This document shows, one piece after another, positions 61,907 through 64,000 of a stretch of 64,000 nt of DNA. Source of the DNA: Hypanus sabinus (lineage: Eukaryota). A model generated the notes under the pieces. The model was given only the letters and a program-made list of their open reading frames with translations. It was not told where the DNA came from and did no database searches. The stretch spans positions 106,454,001-106,518,000 of the forward strand of contig NC_082706.1 in assembly GCF_030144855.1 (NCBI RefSeq). The letters are read 5' to 3'. The stretch's first letter is position 1. The number at the start of each line of letters is the position of its first letter. A program made the position numbers and the translations under genes.

Positions 61907-61942
61907 CACAGTTAAACTCAACCGGTGCCGCTGACAAAAACT
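61905..61942 (+). other. RSS of Vg: CACACAG + 22 nt (or CACAGTT + 20 nt) + ACAAAAACT
   Basis: CACACAGTT at 61905-61913; nonamer 61934-61942; spacer one base shorter than in Vf. Confidence 0.85.
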
Positions 61943-64000
61943 CTTCCTCAGCGCAGAGGCCGCACGAATCATTTCCGACTCTGCGAATTCGCAGTTTATG
62001 CCATAAATTCCATCACCTTTCTTCGGATAAAGAACTCTTTCCAATTCTACGGAAGTTACCCGATCAGCCTCATCGACAGGTTATACATTTTCACCTGTCG
62101 CCCGAGAAGAGGGAGTTGGAAGAATATTTCCCCAGGGTACGAGAGCCCAGACTAGAGGGGATAGTTTTAAAGTGAGACGGGAAAGATCTATAAGAGACCT
62201 GTGTGGTATGTTTTTCAGGGAAAGGGCGGTGGGTACAGGTTACAAGCTGCCAGAGGAAGAGTTAGAGGCAGGAACCATCCAGAGATTTAAAAGTCATTTG
62301 GGCATCTACATGGATAAGAAAGGTTCCGAGAAATACGGGTTAAATGCATGTAAACAGGACTGGTATAAGTGGGTAACTAGCTCGGTAAGGACGAGTTAGG
62401 CCGAAGGGCCTGATTCTGTGCTGTAGATCTCAATGGCTCTTAGAATTACTTCAAATCTCTGCACGGTCGCCACTCACGCTCTTTTATTCCGTGGAAAACA
62501 TTCCCAACATATCCGACCTCGAAAACTAAATCCTCCAATCCCAGAAACGGACCTTCTGCATCCTCTCTAGTTCAATCACAAACAAATATTTAAGCAATAA
62601 ATACTGAGGAAATGAGGTTTAAAAACCTTTAAAGTGACACCATATGTTTTCTGAACATTTCAGTGATGGGGCAAGTGAAGGCATACCTTTTGGTACAAGA
62701 GCCTGATTGTAGAGGGTTAATACCTGTTCCGGAACCTGGTGGGGTGAGTTCTGTAGCTCCTGTACGTGCTTCCTGACGGGAGCAGTGAGAGGAGAGCATG
62801 ATCTGCAATGTGGAGGGGAGTGGGGTGGGTGGTGTTTCTGATGACGGAAGTTGCCTTCCTTAAAACATCACTTCTTAAAACATTTCCTCACTGTGGATTT
62901 AAGTGCTACTGGACTTTAGTCATTGAGGGAGGTTACCATGTTCTTTTTAGGCACCAGAATAAGTGAAGTCTGATTGAAGCAGATGGGTACATCAGCCAAA
63001 GTGAGAGGTTAAATATCAGTGAACAGTCCAGACAGTTGATTAGCACTGGTCTTTAGTTCTTGGCCAGGTATCATGTCTGGGCTGGATGATTTTCATGGGT
63101 TCATCTTCCTGAAGGCTGCCTGCACATCAGTCTCGGAGACTAAAATCACTCGATCATCTGGTGCTGTGAGTGCTTCTGATGGTCCCTCCATGTTTTGATG
63201 GTCAAAGCAAGCATAGAAGGCATTGCGTTCATCTGGAAGTGAGCCCTGGTGTCACCTATGTCACTTGATTTTACTTTATAAGAGGTGATAGCATTCAAGC
63301 CCTGCCACAACTGTTGAGTATTCTTTGTTGATTCAGGTTTAGTCTGGCAATGCCATTTTGCCCATAAGGGGGCTTTCCAGAGAATGTACCAGGACCTCTT
63401 GTAACTTTATAGGTCACGACACGTGAATGCCTCTGATCTGGCCCTCAGCAAATTGCTGATTTCATGGTTCATACAAGGCTTCTGGCGGGAGAAGACTCTG
63501 AATGATTTTGTGGGGACACACATGTGTACAACTTTTTTTCTAAAGTCCATGATGTAGGTGCACATTGAGCCTACATGGTGTAGGTGTATTTATTCAGATC
63601 CATAGATGAGTCCCTGAAAATGGCCCCATCCACTCGAAGGAATTCCATATAGCAATAGCCACACATCTGCCTCCCTCGACCTCTTTGTTGTCCTAATCTC
63701 TGGAAATTATATCCAGCTCCTTGATTTGCCTCCCTCATAGCTTGTGATATCTGCATATTGTCTTTCAGTGAATAATATGCAAAGGTATCCTGGGCCCTCT
63801 GAACGTACACGCCTTGCAAACTCCCATCATTTGCAGGAAATCTGCTTTTAAACTAGTTAGGATGAAGGCATATTTTCTACAGTTCATTCCCTTCAGCAAC
63901 AAGTATTCCATTGGTTACTACAGTAGGGGGTGGGTATGACCTATCAGTGCACAGCAGCAGCAGTCAGGCCAATGGCAGTATGGCCGGCTCTGAGGCTCAG

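Larger units (their letters stand above)
54715..64000 (+). repeat. Segmental duplication unit B (contains Vg), interrupted by a CR1 insertion
   Basis: Matches unit A on both sides of the 55931-59989 insert; the window end matches ~54430-54470. Confidence 0.9.

Overview
Vertebrate (eukaryotic) genomic DNA. The repeat content (CR1, L1, Rex1/Babar, Penelope, V-SINE, Tc1, Gypsy) resembles a cartilaginous fish, probably a ray or skate (inference). The window is the V-segment part of a T-cell receptor gamma-type (TRG) locus. Seven V segments lie on the + strand, each with a leader exon, a short phase-1 intron, a V exon ending ...YYCAxW (except Ve) and a 3' recombination signal (RSS) of the 23-spacer class. 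Here they are called Va (1-412, 5' end cut by the window), Vb (4589), Vc (13633), Vd (15053, frameshifted), Ve (22797, stop plus deletion), Vf (51260, frameshifted) and Vg (61481, first Cys replaced by Tyr). I found no J, D or C segments. Va/Vb come from a recent ~4.6-kb tandem duplication and Vf/Vg from an older ~5.5-kb one. The rest is mostly nested, decayed retroelements and Tc1-type elements. The most notable points are complementary lesions in Vf/Vg, non-standard RSS geometry, a ~208-codon open frame running past the RSS of Va/Vb, stop-free 3n leader introns, a 40-bp templated insertion, and a deletion ending in the Ve heptamer. Coordinates of V genes, RSSs and target-site duplications (TSDs) were counted by hand. 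Outer limits of decayed repeats are approximate.
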